Below, piece by piece: positions 20,937-30,946 of a stretch of 64,000 nt of DNA (positions within the stretch are counted from its first letter, which is position 1; every line of letters starts with the position of its first letter). The position numbers and the translations under genes were made by a program. This DNA comes from Fidelibacterota bacterium (lineage in GTDB: Bacteria; Fidelibacterota; Marinisomatia; Marinisomatales; TCS55), in assembly GCA_046861385.1 (NCBI GenBank), contig JBHHTW010000008.1, positions 8,877-72,876 of the forward strand, in the 5' to 3' direction. Below the pieces are notes generated by a model that did not search any database, was not told the origin of the DNA, and saw only the letters and a list, made by a program, of their open reading frames with translations.

Positions 20937-22565
20937 TTAATTGGAAATCCACGATAAGATGAGATAAATACCGATGGTAATACTCATTATAGCAATGGAG
21001 ACTTTTTTTGCTTGGGGCCATGGTGTTATATCCACGGGCGCAGGAACTCTCTCATCACTGATAGCGATTTCTTCAGCGGATTTGGGTTTAAAATATCCAA
21101 TGATCAACATTACCATCACCGATGCAATAAAACTGATAAAATAGCCGTGCAGCCAGTGCAGATCTCCATCAGTGTTGGCAAAAAATGTTGGAACGTCTTT
21201 TATATTAACAAAAGTGAAAAATGAATAAAATCCAATTCCTACAACCATTCCAACCTTTGCGGCAATGGCCGGTACATGCTTGGTTGAAATACCCAAAAGA
21301 AAGATGCCGATTATGGGTACACTGTAGAGTCCATTTACTTTTTGCAGGTATTCGAAAATTGACTGCATTTGATTCAGCAAGGGTGCTATGAAAATAGAAG
21401 CGATTGCCAGTCCAATGCCAAATTTTTTCCCGATAGAAACTATTTTCTCTCCGCTGGCAGCGTGATTGATGTAACCCTTATAGAACTGGAGGGAAAAAAG
21501 TGTGGAAGCGCTGTTTAAAGCGGAATTAAATGAACTCAGAATTGCCCCCATCAAAATAGCTGCGAATAAGCCAAGAGACCAATCCGGCAATACGTGTCGG
21601 ACAATCGCTCCATACACTTGATCCGGTTTTTCAATCGCCAGATCAGTCATGTGAAGTGCAATAATTCCGGGAAGGCACAGCATGATCGGGCCTACCAATT
21701 TCATCGCCGATGCAAACAGGACGCCTTTTTGTCCTTCAGCCAAACTTTTAGCTGCCATCGCCCGCTGTACAATCACCTGATTAGTGGACCAGTAAAATAC
21801 CTGAATAAACATCATTCCCGTAAACAACGTAGGCCAGGGTACGGATACAACCTTACTATCGACATTAGTTTGAGCGAAAACAGAAAGATATTCGGGATTT
21901 GTATTTATCAATCTTGCAATCCCACTAAAAAAAGAACCATCTCCAAGGGCAATCAAGGCTAACAATGGGATTGTCAAACCACCGATCAATAATCCGATTC
22001 CATTTATCGTATCACTGACGGCTACGGATTTTAATCCGCCAAAAATCGCATATGAGCTACCCAAAATTCCGATGGTGGCCACCACAAACCATAACGGCAG
22101 GTTGAGATCAAACATTCCGATCAATGCCAAAGAACCGGTATAAAGCACAACAGGTAACAGTACGGTAACATAACCAAATAGGAAAAGACCTGATACCCAG
22201 GAACGAGTCGTTTTATCAAAACGCTTTTCCAGAAACGCTGGAGTGGTAGTAAATCCACTGGCGAGATACTTCGGTAAAAAGACTAAAGCTGTGGCAATCA
22301 TGGCGAAGGCAGCCAGTGCTTCCCAGGCGATACCCACCAGAGCTTTATCTCCAAAAATAGCGCCGTTTAATCCAACTAATTGTTCTGTTGAGAGATTGGT
22401 CAGCAACAGTGATCCGGCAACAACCGGCCAAGCCAATGCGCGTCCACCAGTAAAATATTCCTCTGTGGCATTATCCGATTTTTTCATCCGATGAACAATT
22501 CGATAAGTTAGAACAGCAACGGAGCCGGTTGCCAATATGAATGAAATAATTGAAATCGTATTCAT
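20937..22565 (-). CDS. Solute:sodium symporter (SSS, YidK-like)
   Basis: YFTGGR, SLLLTNLSTEQLVGLNG, FGGLKSVAVSD, NQVIVQRAMAAK; many hydrophobic segments. Confidence 0.92.
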   Translation of the reverse strand: MNTISIISFILATGSVAVLTYRIVHRMKKSDNATEEYFTGGRALAWPVVAGSLLLTNLSTEQLVGLNGAIFGDKALVGIAWEALAAFAMIATALVFLPKYLASGFTTTPAFLEKRFDKTTRSWVSGLFLFGYVTVLLPVVLYTGSLALIGMFDLNLPLWFVVATIGILGSSYAIFGGLKSVAVSDTINGIGLLIGGLTIPLLALIALGDGSFFSGIARLINTNPEYLSVFAQTNVDSKVVSVPWPTLFTGMMFIQVFYWSTNQVIVQRAMAAKSLAEGQKGVLFASAMKLVGPIMLCLPGIIALHMTDLAIEKPDQVYGAIVRHVLPDWSLGLFAAILMGAILSSFNSALNSASTLFSLQFYKGYINHAASGEKIVSIGKKFGIGLAIASIFIAPLLNQMQSIFEYLQKVNGLYSVPIIGIFLLGISTKHVPAIAAKVGMVVGIGFYSFFTFVNIKDVPTFFANTDGDLHWLHGYFISFIASVMVMLIIGYFKPKSAEEIAISDERVPAPVDITPWPQAKKVSIAIMSITIGIYLILSWISN

Positions 22566-22732
22566 TAAATCCTTATATGCCTAATTGAAGATGAGATGTT
22601 GCTTTGTGAATATATTCACCTATAGGTCGCATAGTCAAGAATGGGAACCTCAGATGTTTGTTGTATTTTCTATATAGTTAATTGGAAAGTATTGATCATA
22701 AAAGACGTACCTAGGTAATAATAGTTTGAGGT

Positions 22733-22754
22733 AGTAACTTATATGTGAGTTACT
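22733..22754. promoter_or_regulatory. Candidate TrmB-family operator, copy 1 (upstream of the gap pair, divergent from the SSS gene)
   Basis: AGTAACTTA-TATG-TGAGTTACT, 1 mismatch to the palindromic consensus. Confidence 0.75.
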
Positions 22755-22786
22755 AAATTATTTCTTACTTAAATTATAGTAAAGAT

Positions 22787-23800
22787 ATGGCAGAAAAAAT
22801 TAATATTGGTATCATTGGATTTGGAAGAATCGGGCGCAACCTATTGCGTTTGGGTTATGATGATCCTCATTTGAATTTCGTTGGTGTCAGCGATTTGGCT
22901 GATCCGGAAGCATTATTTTATTTATTACATCACGATTCCGTTTATGGTCCTGTGAACACGGAAGCCTATCTGGAAGACCATTATATCCACTTTGGGAATC
23001 AATCGGTGCGTGTATTACCCGGCTCCGGTCAATTGCCATGGGATGCTCTCGGGGCTGATATTATTATTGATTGTACCGGTCTTATTTCCCCAAGAGTAAA
23101 ATTAGAAAAATATCTTGAAGCAGGCGCGCGGCGTATTATTGTTACCACTCCTCCTAAAGACCCCGTAGACAGAATTATTGTAATGGGATTAAATGATAAG
23201 GAAATTTCTTTAGATGATAAAATTGTTTCCCCTTCTTCATCCACTACTCAAGTTTTGGCTCTTATGCTCAACCTTTTAGATAAAGAATACGGCCTTGTAA
23301 AGGCCATGATGACCACGATACATTCGTACACTGCCGATCAGCCCTTGGCCGATAGCGTGCGGTCCGACTTGAGACGCAGCCGATCTGCAGTAGAAAATAT
23401 AATACCCAACCAAACACCTTCACCGAAATTAGTGGAGTCTGTATTACCTCAATTGAAAGGGAAAATTGAAGGGATTGCATTTAACGTACCTATCCCTGAC
23501 GGATCCTGCATAGATCTCACCACAGAATTAAAAGAGCTCCCTACCGTGGATGCTTTGAATGCTAAAATGAAGGAAATCTCCGAAGGTCCTCTGAAAAATA
23601 TTATTGGTTATACGGATGATCCGATTGTTTCCAGCGATGTAGTCGGTGACAGTCATTCCATGGTTTTTGATGCCAGGGCTACCATGATAGCCGCAGGTAA
23701 ACTGATTAAAACAATTAGCTGGTATGATGACGGATATGGATATTCTCAGCGCATTCTGGAATTGGTAAAAGCATATGGTCATTTGGAGGCAAAATCGTGA
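22787..23800 (+). CDS. GAPDH paralogue lacking the catalytic cysteine
   Basis: GFGRIGR, full GAPDH-length fold and WYDD motif, but active site reads VSPSSSTTQVLA instead of VSNASCTTNCLA. Confidence 0.85.
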   Translation: MAEKINIGIIGFGRIGRNLLRLGYDDPHLNFVGVSDLADPEALFYLLHHDSVYGPVNTEAYLEDHYIHFGNQSVRVLPGSGQLPWDALGADIIIDCTGLISPRVKLEKYLEAGARRIIVTTPPKDPVDRIIVMGLNDKEISLDDKIVSPSSSTTQVLALMLNLLDKEYGLVKAMMTTIHSYTADQPLADSVRSDLRRSRSAVENIIPNQTPSPKLVESVLPQLKGKIEGIAFNVPIPDGSCIDLTTELKELPTVDALNAKMKEISEGPLKNIIGYTDDPIVSSDVVGDSHSMVFDARATMIAAGKLIKTISWYDDGYGYSQRILELVKAYGHLEAKS

Positions 23801-24798
23801 AAGTCGCTATTAATGGGTTTGGTCGGATTGGAAGATCTGTTTTCAGGATATTAAACAAGCAAAGCAAAATTGATGTTGTGGCAATTAATGATCTGGCAGA
23901 CAATAATGCGCTTGCTTATTTATTAAAATACGATACAGTTATGGGGCGTTTAAAAGATTCTGTTGTTGTGACAGACAATGTACTAAAAACATCAAATCAT
24001 GAAATCCAAATGTTATCAGAGCCAAATCCCGATAAGTTACCTTGGAAAAATATTGGTGTTGATGTTGTTGTTGAAGCAACCGGTATTTTTCGATTAAAAA
24101 ATCAACTCCAGGCACATATTAACGCTGGGGCATCAAGAGTAATATTAACTGTACCGTCTAAAGATGAAATAGATTATACTGTAGTGATTGGCGTTAATGA
24201 AGACGGATTGACTCCGGAACATAAAATTGTATCAAATGCATCTTGCACCACCAATTGCTTGGCGCCCATGGCAAAAATTTTAAATGATGCGTTTGGAATC
24301 GAATACGGCGTGATTAACACCATTCATGCTTATACAAACGATCAACGCTTAGCAGACGTTCCTCACTCTGACTGGCGGCGCAGCCGAGCTGCCGCAGAAA
24401 ATATTATTCCAACAACGACCGGTGCGGCAAAGGCCGTGGGGAAGGTACTCCCTGAACTCGATGGTAAATTGGACGGAATCGCCATGCGCGTTCCTGTGCC
24501 CGATGGATCAATCGTAGATTTAAACACGGAATTGAAAACCAATGTGACGGCGGTTGATGTACGCCAAGCAGTAAAAGAAGCTGCTTCCACAAGTAGATTA
24601 ACTCCGATTTTGGAATATGAGGAGACACCGATAGTATCTACGGACATTATCGGAAACCCTCATTCGTCCATTTTTGATGCTCCTTTTACAACTGTAATCG
24701 ATAAACGATTTGTAAAAACACTCAATTGGTATGATAATGAGTGGGGTTACTCAAACAGGGTAGTAGATTTAATAAATATATTCTTTCAACAGGTGTAG
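23797..24798 (+). CDS. gap: Type I glyceraldehyde-3-phosphate dehydrogenase
   Basis: INGFGRIGR, SNASCTTNCLAP, NIIPTTTGAAKAV, WYDNEWGYS; GTGA overlap with the upstream paralogue. Confidence 0.97.
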   Translation: MKVAINGFGRIGRSVFRILNKQSKIDVVAINDLADNNALAYLLKYDTVMGRLKDSVVVTDNVLKTSNHEIQMLSEPNPDKLPWKNIGVDVVVEATGIFRLKNQLQAHINAGASRVILTVPSKDEIDYTVVIGVNEDGLTPEHKIVSNASCTTNCLAPMAKILNDAFGIEYGVINTIHAYTNDQRLADVPHSDWRRSRAAAENIIPTTTGAAKAVGKVLPELDGKLDGIAMRVPVPDGSIVDLNTELKTNVTAVDVRQAVKEAASTSRLTPILEYEETPIVSTDIIGNPHSSIFDAPFTTVIDKRFVKTLNWYDNEWGYSNRVVDLINIFFQQV

Positions 24799-24799
24799 C

Positions 24800-24988
24800 A
24801 TGATTGACACAACTGAAGCAAAAAAAATATATCAAATTGGTGATCGGGTCTTGATTGATCAACAGGAATGGGTCATTGCCGATGATCTTAATGGTAATGT
24901 ACTGCTCTATCGCGACAGCGTAGACGGACGCAGTCGCACCATGAAATATCCCAAACGAGACCTGCCTGATAAAAGTGAATTTCCTTAA
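24800..24988 (+). CDS. Small hypothetical protein
   Basis: 62-aa ORF starting 1 nt after the gap stop; no recognised motif. Confidence 0.55.
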   Translation: MIDTTEAKKIYQIGDRVLIDQQEWVIADDLNGNVLLYRDSVDGRSRTMKYPKRDLPDKSEFP

Positions 24989-25075
24989 TTATTTTAAGCA
25001 AATAATACTTTAAAGCATCACTTTATTACCAATAATGAACTCGGATAGGCCCGTGACATTATTAGGATTTCTCAC

Positions 25076-27427
25076 CTATTTGATTATTCTTCTGGCAAAT
25101 AAGGAACTATATGGTTTCAGAATGGCCGAATCCATATATACTTTACTTTTTGGTTGTGTTGAATACACAAATTCGTACTCATACCTTGGATCCAGTTCTA
25201 CATTTAATTCTTGAGGCCCTTGGTTGATTACTACAATTATTTCTTCATTAAAATATTTTTTTAACATTACCATAATCGGTCCATCTGCTAATAGGATTTG
25301 TATATCCCCAAGAGACAGGGCAGAATAATTTCGACGCAATTGATTCAAATTACTTATGATTTCTTTGTGCATTATTTCGTCTAAATCCAATTTATCACCA
25401 AAACGCATCATCCTTCGATTATCGGGATCTCCGGCACCCATCATTCCTATTTCTTCTCCATAATATATAACAGGTATACCTGGCAGGCTGATATTCAACG
25501 CATGAAAATTCTGTAGTTTTCTATAACTGGATTTCATTTTTACTTCTGTCGGAGAATTGAAAAAAGACCGTTCAGTTCCATTATCGCTAAATTCCATTTG
25601 ACCATCAGCAAAGGCGATGAAACGCACTTGGTCGTGACTGGAAGTAATGTTTCCCATGAGGTGAATTGGATCAAATGCAATTAGATTATTTTCAATAACA
25701 TCAGTTAAAAGAGAAAAATCTGCTTTTTGACTACTGAACTGCCAGCGTGCATTAAAATAAATACTGAAATTAAACTGGGCATCCAGTTCGCCTGGATTAA
25801 CATAACTGCGAATCAATTGATCTGAACCAAACGTTTCACCAATTTGATAATACGATTTATTATTTTCCAATTGATGGATTTTTGATGTTAATTCTCTCCA
25901 AAAAGTATGGGGAACATGCTTTACAGCATCTTGCCGAAACCCATCTAAGTTATACGTTTCCAGCCACCAGATTGCATCATTTGTTACTTCCTCAATGGCT
26001 TCGGGATTTGATAGATAATCAAACGACGGTAAAAATATGTCAAACCATGTTGTCAATCGTGTTTCTTCGCTCCAATTACGAATATTTTTTCCTCCATCAG
26101 GTAGATTAACATTTCCAAACCATTCCCTGTTTTCTCTAACAAAAGGATGTTCTTTATGAACATGGTTGGAAACAAAATCCAAAATGACTTTCATATCCTG
26201 CTCATGAGCCTCATTTACAATCTGTAATAAATCTTCATCTACACCGAATCTAGGATCAATCGATCGCCTTGAAATTGGCCAGTACCCGTGATAACCAGAC
26301 ACATAGCGATTGGGTTCTGTAAATTCCATGAATGCACTATCCGGCTGCTGCTGAAGAGGGGAAATCCATAGAGCCGTTATATTCAAATCTCGAAAATACC
26401 CATTGATCAATTTTTCTTTTACCCCCGATAAATCACCCCCTTTAAAATTAAACGCCGGTTCTAAATTAACATGATCAATGGATATATTATTCTTGGTCTC
26501 ATTATCAAAAAAGCGATCCACCATTAAACTGTATAATACAGAGAAATACCAGGAATCATGATGGTTTGCAGTGTTTAATGCTTTTTTATCTATTATTTCA
26601 GTATGATTTTCCAGCAGGACTCTATCCTTATCATCGACTGCAACAATACGCAATCGTCCATTCCGCAGCCCCCTTTTATGGACAATTATTCTATTTAAGT
26701 CTAAATCATAAACGTCCGGATGCAGTCGTTCATTATCCATAGAAATAATGATATCCCGCATAGCAGCGCCGCCTTTTGGCGGTTCATAAACGAACGTCAG
26801 TCTATCATCAAATTCTTTTTCTTTAAAAATTTTTCCTGGAGGTTGTGTTTTCCAGCCAGATAAATCCAAGATAGAATTCCATCCGCCAATATTATTGGAA
26901 ACAAATACAGGATTGTCCGGATCAATCAGTTCTTCACCGTTTACTACAAATTTATATTCATGTTTCTTTGGTCCTAAAAAGACTGTTTTTTCAAAAATAC
27001 CATCTCCATCTATATCCTCCATTTTCAACTGACTACGAGACCAGTCGTTAAAACTTCCCATAACCACAACAAGACTATCATCTTCATCCGTTTGATAAGT
27101 AAATGTATGAATAACCATTTGTTTTAATCGAACCATTAAATATTGTGTCTGACCATTTGCAGAAAATGGAATCATTGAAAAATTAGGTGTTTTATCAGTT
27201 GCTGAAATAATTAATGTATCCGATCTTGAATCAAATATTAAATCCACAAAAGGTTGTTTCGAAAAATGAATTTTTGTAGTCGGGACTTTTTTATACAAAC
27301 CCATGTCCATTATGAGTGGTTCCCCCGGATGCAACTGTTGAGTGGGAATAAAATATATGGCGTTTTCATTATTTTCGGAACAACCTGCTAGGAATAATCC
27401 AAACATTAAAATAAGTTTTTTCATCAT
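25076..27427 (-). CDS. GH13 alpha-amylase-family lipoprotein with CBM48/AMPK-like domain
   Basis: Lipobox LFLAGC; GSFNDW..EYKFVVNG; YHGYW, DFVSNH, DGFRQDAVKH, SHDQ. Confidence 0.9.
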   Translation of the reverse strand: MMKKLILMFGLFLAGCSENNENAIYFIPTQQLHPGEPLIMDMGLYKKVPTTKIHFSKQPFVDLIFDSRSDTLIISATDKTPNFSMIPFSANGQTQYLMVRLKQMVIHTFTYQTDEDDSLVVVMGSFNDWSRSQLKMEDIDGDGIFEKTVFLGPKKHEYKFVVNGEELIDPDNPVFVSNNIGGWNSILDLSGWKTQPPGKIFKEKEFDDRLTFVYEPPKGGAAMRDIIISMDNERLHPDVYDLDLNRIIVHKRGLRNGRLRIVAVDDKDRVLLENHTEIIDKKALNTANHHDSWYFSVLYSLMVDRFFDNETKNNISIDHVNLEPAFNFKGGDLSGVKEKLINGYFRDLNITALWISPLQQQPDSAFMEFTEPNRYVSGYHGYWPISRRSIDPRFGVDEDLLQIVNEAHEQDMKVILDFVSNHVHKEHPFVRENREWFGNVNLPDGGKNIRNWSEETRLTTWFDIFLPSFDYLSNPEAIEEVTNDAIWWLETYNLDGFRQDAVKHVPHTFWRELTSKIHQLENNKSYYQIGETFGSDQLIRSYVNPGELDAQFNFSIYFNARWQFSSQKADFSLLTDVIENNLIAFDPIHLMGNITSSHDQVRFIAFADGQMEFSDNGTERSFFNSPTEVKMKSSYRKLQNFHALNISLPGIPVIYYGEEIGMMGAGDPDNRRMMRFGDKLDLDEIMHKEIISNLNQLRRNYSALSLGDIQILLADGPIMVMLKKYFNEEIIVVINQGPQELNVELDPRYEYEFVYSTQPKSKVYMDSAILKPYSSLFARRIIK

Positions 27428-27451
27428 TGAATAGTTTGAAGTTTTTAAGTT

Positions 27452-27473
27452 AGTGACTCATTTATGAGATAAT
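27452..27473. promoter_or_regulatory. Candidate TrmB-family operator, copy 2 (between divergent GH13 genes)
   Basis: AGTGACTCA-TTTA-TGAGATAAT, 3 mismatches to the perfect palindrome; first 17 nt identical to copy 4. Confidence 0.65.
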
Positions 27474-27477
27474 AGAG

Positions 27478-29484
27478 ATGAAGAATTTACAATCAGCCAT
27501 TATTCTCTGCACTTTGCTAATATTAATTTCGAGTACGGGCACATCGATGAATCATAAAACAGATCCACTGTCTTATGGTGCTTTTATATCAAATAATAGT
27601 ACCACGTTTAAACTATATGCGCCAAAGTCAACCAAAGTTTATCTGGTGATTTTTGACTACCCTGAAGCTAAAACGGGAAAAGAATATGAAATGAAGAAAA
27701 ATGATAATGGCGATTTTTCCGTTGAAGTAAAAGATGCCGGTGCGGGAACTTATTACGGATATCGATTGGAAGGTCCTTTGAATGATCCTGATATTATCAT
27801 CGCCGATCCATATTCTAAAGCAGCTGTCACTCAGAATTCGATGCGACACGTGGCAAAATCGCTAATCATTGATGATTATTACGATTGGGGAGAGGATACC
27901 TGGATGGAATTGGATCAGCGGGATGCAATCATTTATGAAATGCACATCCGGGATTTGACATCGCATATTACCTCCACAAGTGAACAAAAAGGAACCTATT
28001 TGGGCTTGGTGGAATCCGGACAAAACAGCGGTATTGAGCATATTAAGTCCATGGGTGTTAATGCAGTACAAATTCTACCTGCTCAAGAATTTGCAAATGT
28101 TGAAGTGCCGTACATGGATAAGGATGCCCCTGTTTATAACGATTGGAACCCATACGCGCGTAACCATTGGGGTTATATGACCACATTCTTTTTTGCTCCA
28201 GAATCGTATTATGCGACTGATGGGACGGATGCTCCCGGCGCCTGGAACGGGTCCGACGGTAGAGCCGTGAGAGAATTTAAAGATATGGTTAAATCCTTCC
28301 ACAACGAGGATATTGCCGTCATCATGGATGTGGTATACAACCATGTGTCTAATTACGATTGGAACCCATTGAAATTTATCGATAAGAGTTCATATTTCAG
28401 ATTAGATGAAAATGAAAATTACATTGTGTTTAGCGGTTGCGGGAATGATACCCGAACAGAAAATTTCAAAATGCGTCAAATGATTCTGGAAAGTGTTAAA
28501 TACTGGATGACAGAATATCACGTTGATGGTTTTCGCTTTGATTTGGGGAATCTGATTGATCCAGAAACCAGACAGCAGATTTTAAATGAATTAAAAGCCA
28601 TAAATCCCAATGTCATTATTTTGGCAGAACCCTGGGGAAACGGATACGATCCAAATGGATTTTCTGATATGGGCTGGGCTTCATTCAATGACCAATTCAG
28701 GGATGGACTAAAAGGCAGCACATTTGATATTAATGACAAGGGTTTTCTCTTTGGTCAATTTCGAGGTAATGATGATCAAGAATTTCTACAGCGAATTGTG
28801 ATGGGATCCCTTCGAGGATATGGAGGGCAATATATTGATCCTTCTCATAGTGTAAACTATCTGGAGAGCCATGATGATTATACATTTGGAGATCGTCTTC
28901 GAATCACTGGTGGTTTTGTGAAACCGGACGAAAAGATAATTGATCTGGAAAATAATGCTCTCGTCAAAGGTGAACTATTGGCCATGAATAAACTGGGTGC
29001 ATTGTTCCTGTTCACAAGCCAAGGAATGGCATTTATGCACGAAGGACAGGAATGGGCTCGCAGCAAGGTCATTGCTGAGACATCTGTTCCCGATGACCAT
29101 GTTGGCAGAATTGATCACAATTCTTACGAAAAGGATAATGAAACTAATTGGCTCAACTGGAATGAGCGGGGAATGAACTCTGAACTGGTGGATTATTATA
29201 AAGGATTAATTGCATTTAGAAAACAATACCCGGAATTTCGCCAATCAAATCCCGAAGATTTTGAATTTATTAATGTCAGTGAAAATGTAGCTGTAGCTTA
29301 TATACTGAAAAATAAGTTTTTTGTCGCTTTGAATGGTGAGAAGTCAAATATTAATCTCGAATTACCTAAGGGAAAATGGACGGTGTTAGTGGATGATAAT
29401 GAAGTATATTCAAAAAATAAAAAAATGATGAGTGGAAATATTTCCATTCCCAAAACATCAGGAATTGTTTTATTGCGTCGCTAA
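27478..29484 (+). CDS. GH13 pullulanase/debranching enzyme, secreted
   Basis: Signal peptide; DPYSKA, IYEMHIRD, NHWGY, MDVVYNH, DGFRFDLG, NYLESHD. Confidence 0.9.
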   Translation: MKNLQSAIILCTLLILISSTGTSMNHKTDPLSYGAFISNNSTTFKLYAPKSTKVYLVIFDYPEAKTGKEYEMKKNDNGDFSVEVKDAGAGTYYGYRLEGPLNDPDIIIADPYSKAAVTQNSMRHVAKSLIIDDYYDWGEDTWMELDQRDAIIYEMHIRDLTSHITSTSEQKGTYLGLVESGQNSGIEHIKSMGVNAVQILPAQEFANVEVPYMDKDAPVYNDWNPYARNHWGYMTTFFFAPESYYATDGTDAPGAWNGSDGRAVREFKDMVKSFHNEDIAVIMDVVYNHVSNYDWNPLKFIDKSSYFRLDENENYIVFSGCGNDTRTENFKMRQMILESVKYWMTEYHVDGFRFDLGNLIDPETRQQILNELKAINPNVIILAEPWGNGYDPNGFSDMGWASFNDQFRDGLKGSTFDINDKGFLFGQFRGNDDQEFLQRIVMGSLRGYGGQYIDPSHSVNYLESHDDYTFGDRLRITGGFVKPDEKIIDLENNALVKGELLAMNKLGALFLFTSQGMAFMHEGQEWARSKVIAETSVPDDHVGRIDHNSYEKDNETNWLNWNERGMNSELVDYYKGLIAFRKQYPEFRQSNPEDFEFINVSENVAVAYILKNKFFVALNGEKSNINLELPKGKWTVLVDDNEVYSKNKKMMSGNISIPKTSGIVLLRR

Positions 29485-29584
29485 ATATTCCGTGCCCTGA
29501 TCATCTTGATCCCGGGGATTATAATTATCTTCAAGGTTCATCCAACAAAGATGATGGATGTAAATAGAAATCGGTATTGGAACA

Positions 29585-30787
29585 TCAACGACCATAGCCG
29601 CCATAACCTTTATCCGTTTTTTCCGGAACACCAAGTTTTGAATGCAGACCATCCTGGCCATGCAAGTTTTTTATCTTTCTGGCTTCTGTGTGCAGAAGGA
29701 TTTCTTTCCATTTCAGTTTTATGACTTCCGGTCGGAAATCGTCCAAGGCGATTCTGGCATGTTCGGCTTTGGTCCGTCGGTCATCGGGGTGTGAATCCCA
29801 AAACGTTTCAAGTGACTGCAAAAAATTATCCACATCTTTATCAAAGTCCTGATCCACTTCATACATAAACACTGAATCCTGAACGCTTGCTGTAATTTCG
29901 CTGGGCCCGTCTATATTTTGAACGATAGCAGGTACTCTTCTGTCCAATGTTTCGCACATGGTATAACCGAATGGTTCATAAATACCGGTGATGCTGTTGG
30001 CGCCTATACTGTTCCAGTAAAAACGAGCTGTTTCTTTATTTGAACTAAAAGGAATAATGACGAGTTGTTTAGGATGTTTTCTACCCAATTCTTCCCAGAA
30101 GGGATTTCCTTGTTCTCCTCTGTAATCTACACCCATATTAAAAACTCGAACGTCTTTGCGTTGAGATCTTTCTACAGCAAAAATGGAAAGATCGGGGCGT
30201 TTTCTGGGCACGTGTCTACCGATGTAGCCAATATCATTTAAATCATAATTAGGGCGCCAGGATTCATCATCAAGTTTTGGTTTATAACTATTATAAATAA
30301 CATAGGGTACCGATTCATATTTGTCATAACCAAAAGAGATGTAATGTTGTTTTTCTGCCTTACTGATCAACACAACAATATCTGAATATTGAAACGTGAT
30401 TTCCTGTTCAAAATATTGACCGGTTATTGGTCCGCCCATATTAGTGATATGTTCCATTTTTATCAGCGAATGGCAGACTGAAATCATCAATTTATCCGGA
30501 TAGGTTTCTTTGATGGTGCGTGTGGTATCAAATGCAACCCAAAGGTTATTGATACAAGCATCCAGATCAGCAAAGGCATTCTTCACATCCTCCGGACCGT
30601 GAATGATTCGTATGCCTGGGTATCTCTCAGGGAAATCGGTCGGTGGTTCGTCTAACTGGGCTAAAAATACCGGAATAATTTCAATGTCTTCATCATTGTC
30701 AAACATGTCCATGAAATTCATAATCCACGTAGCAACACCCCCGTAAACAATTGGCGGAATTTCATTCGTCAGTAAACCGACTTTCAT
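29585..30787 (-). CDS. GT4-family glycosyltransferase
   Basis: N-terminal LTNEIPPIVYGG; YIGRHVPRK; YEPFGYTMCE (EX7E motif). Confidence 0.8.
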   Translation of the reverse strand: MKVGLLTNEIPPIVYGGVATWIMNFMDMFDNDEDIEIIPVFLAQLDEPPTDFPERYPGIRIIHGPEDVKNAFADLDACINNLWVAFDTTRTIKETYPDKLMISVCHSLIKMEHITNMGGPITGQYFEQEITFQYSDIVVLISKAEKQHYISFGYDKYESVPYVIYNSYKPKLDDESWRPNYDLNDIGYIGRHVPRKRPDLSIFAVERSQRKDVRVFNMGVDYRGEQGNPFWEELGRKHPKQLVIIPFSSNKETARFYWNSIGANSITGIYEPFGYTMCETLDRRVPAIVQNIDGPSEITASVQDSVFMYEVDQDFDKDVDNFLQSLETFWDSHPDDRRTKAEHARIALDDFRPEVIKLKWKEILLHTEARKIKNLHGQDGLHSKLGVPEKTDKGYGGYGR

Positions 30788-30822
30788 AATATTTCTCTTC
30801 TAATAATTTCTAGTTTTATGTT

Positions 30823-30872
30823 GTAGAACAGACCTTCCTGTTTGTTCTACTGCAGACAAGAATGTCTGCAGT
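30823..30872. repeat. GTAG-type REP-like double hairpin
   Basis: GTAGAACAGAC-CTTCCT-GTTTGTTCTAC followed by ACTGCAGACA-AGAA-TGTCTGCAGT. Confidence 0.6.
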
Positions 30873-30946
30873 TCGGTATTTTTCAACCAAGGATGCCAAT
30901 AGCGATAGGCTAAATATCCTATTATTTCCTATTGAGAAATCTCTCC

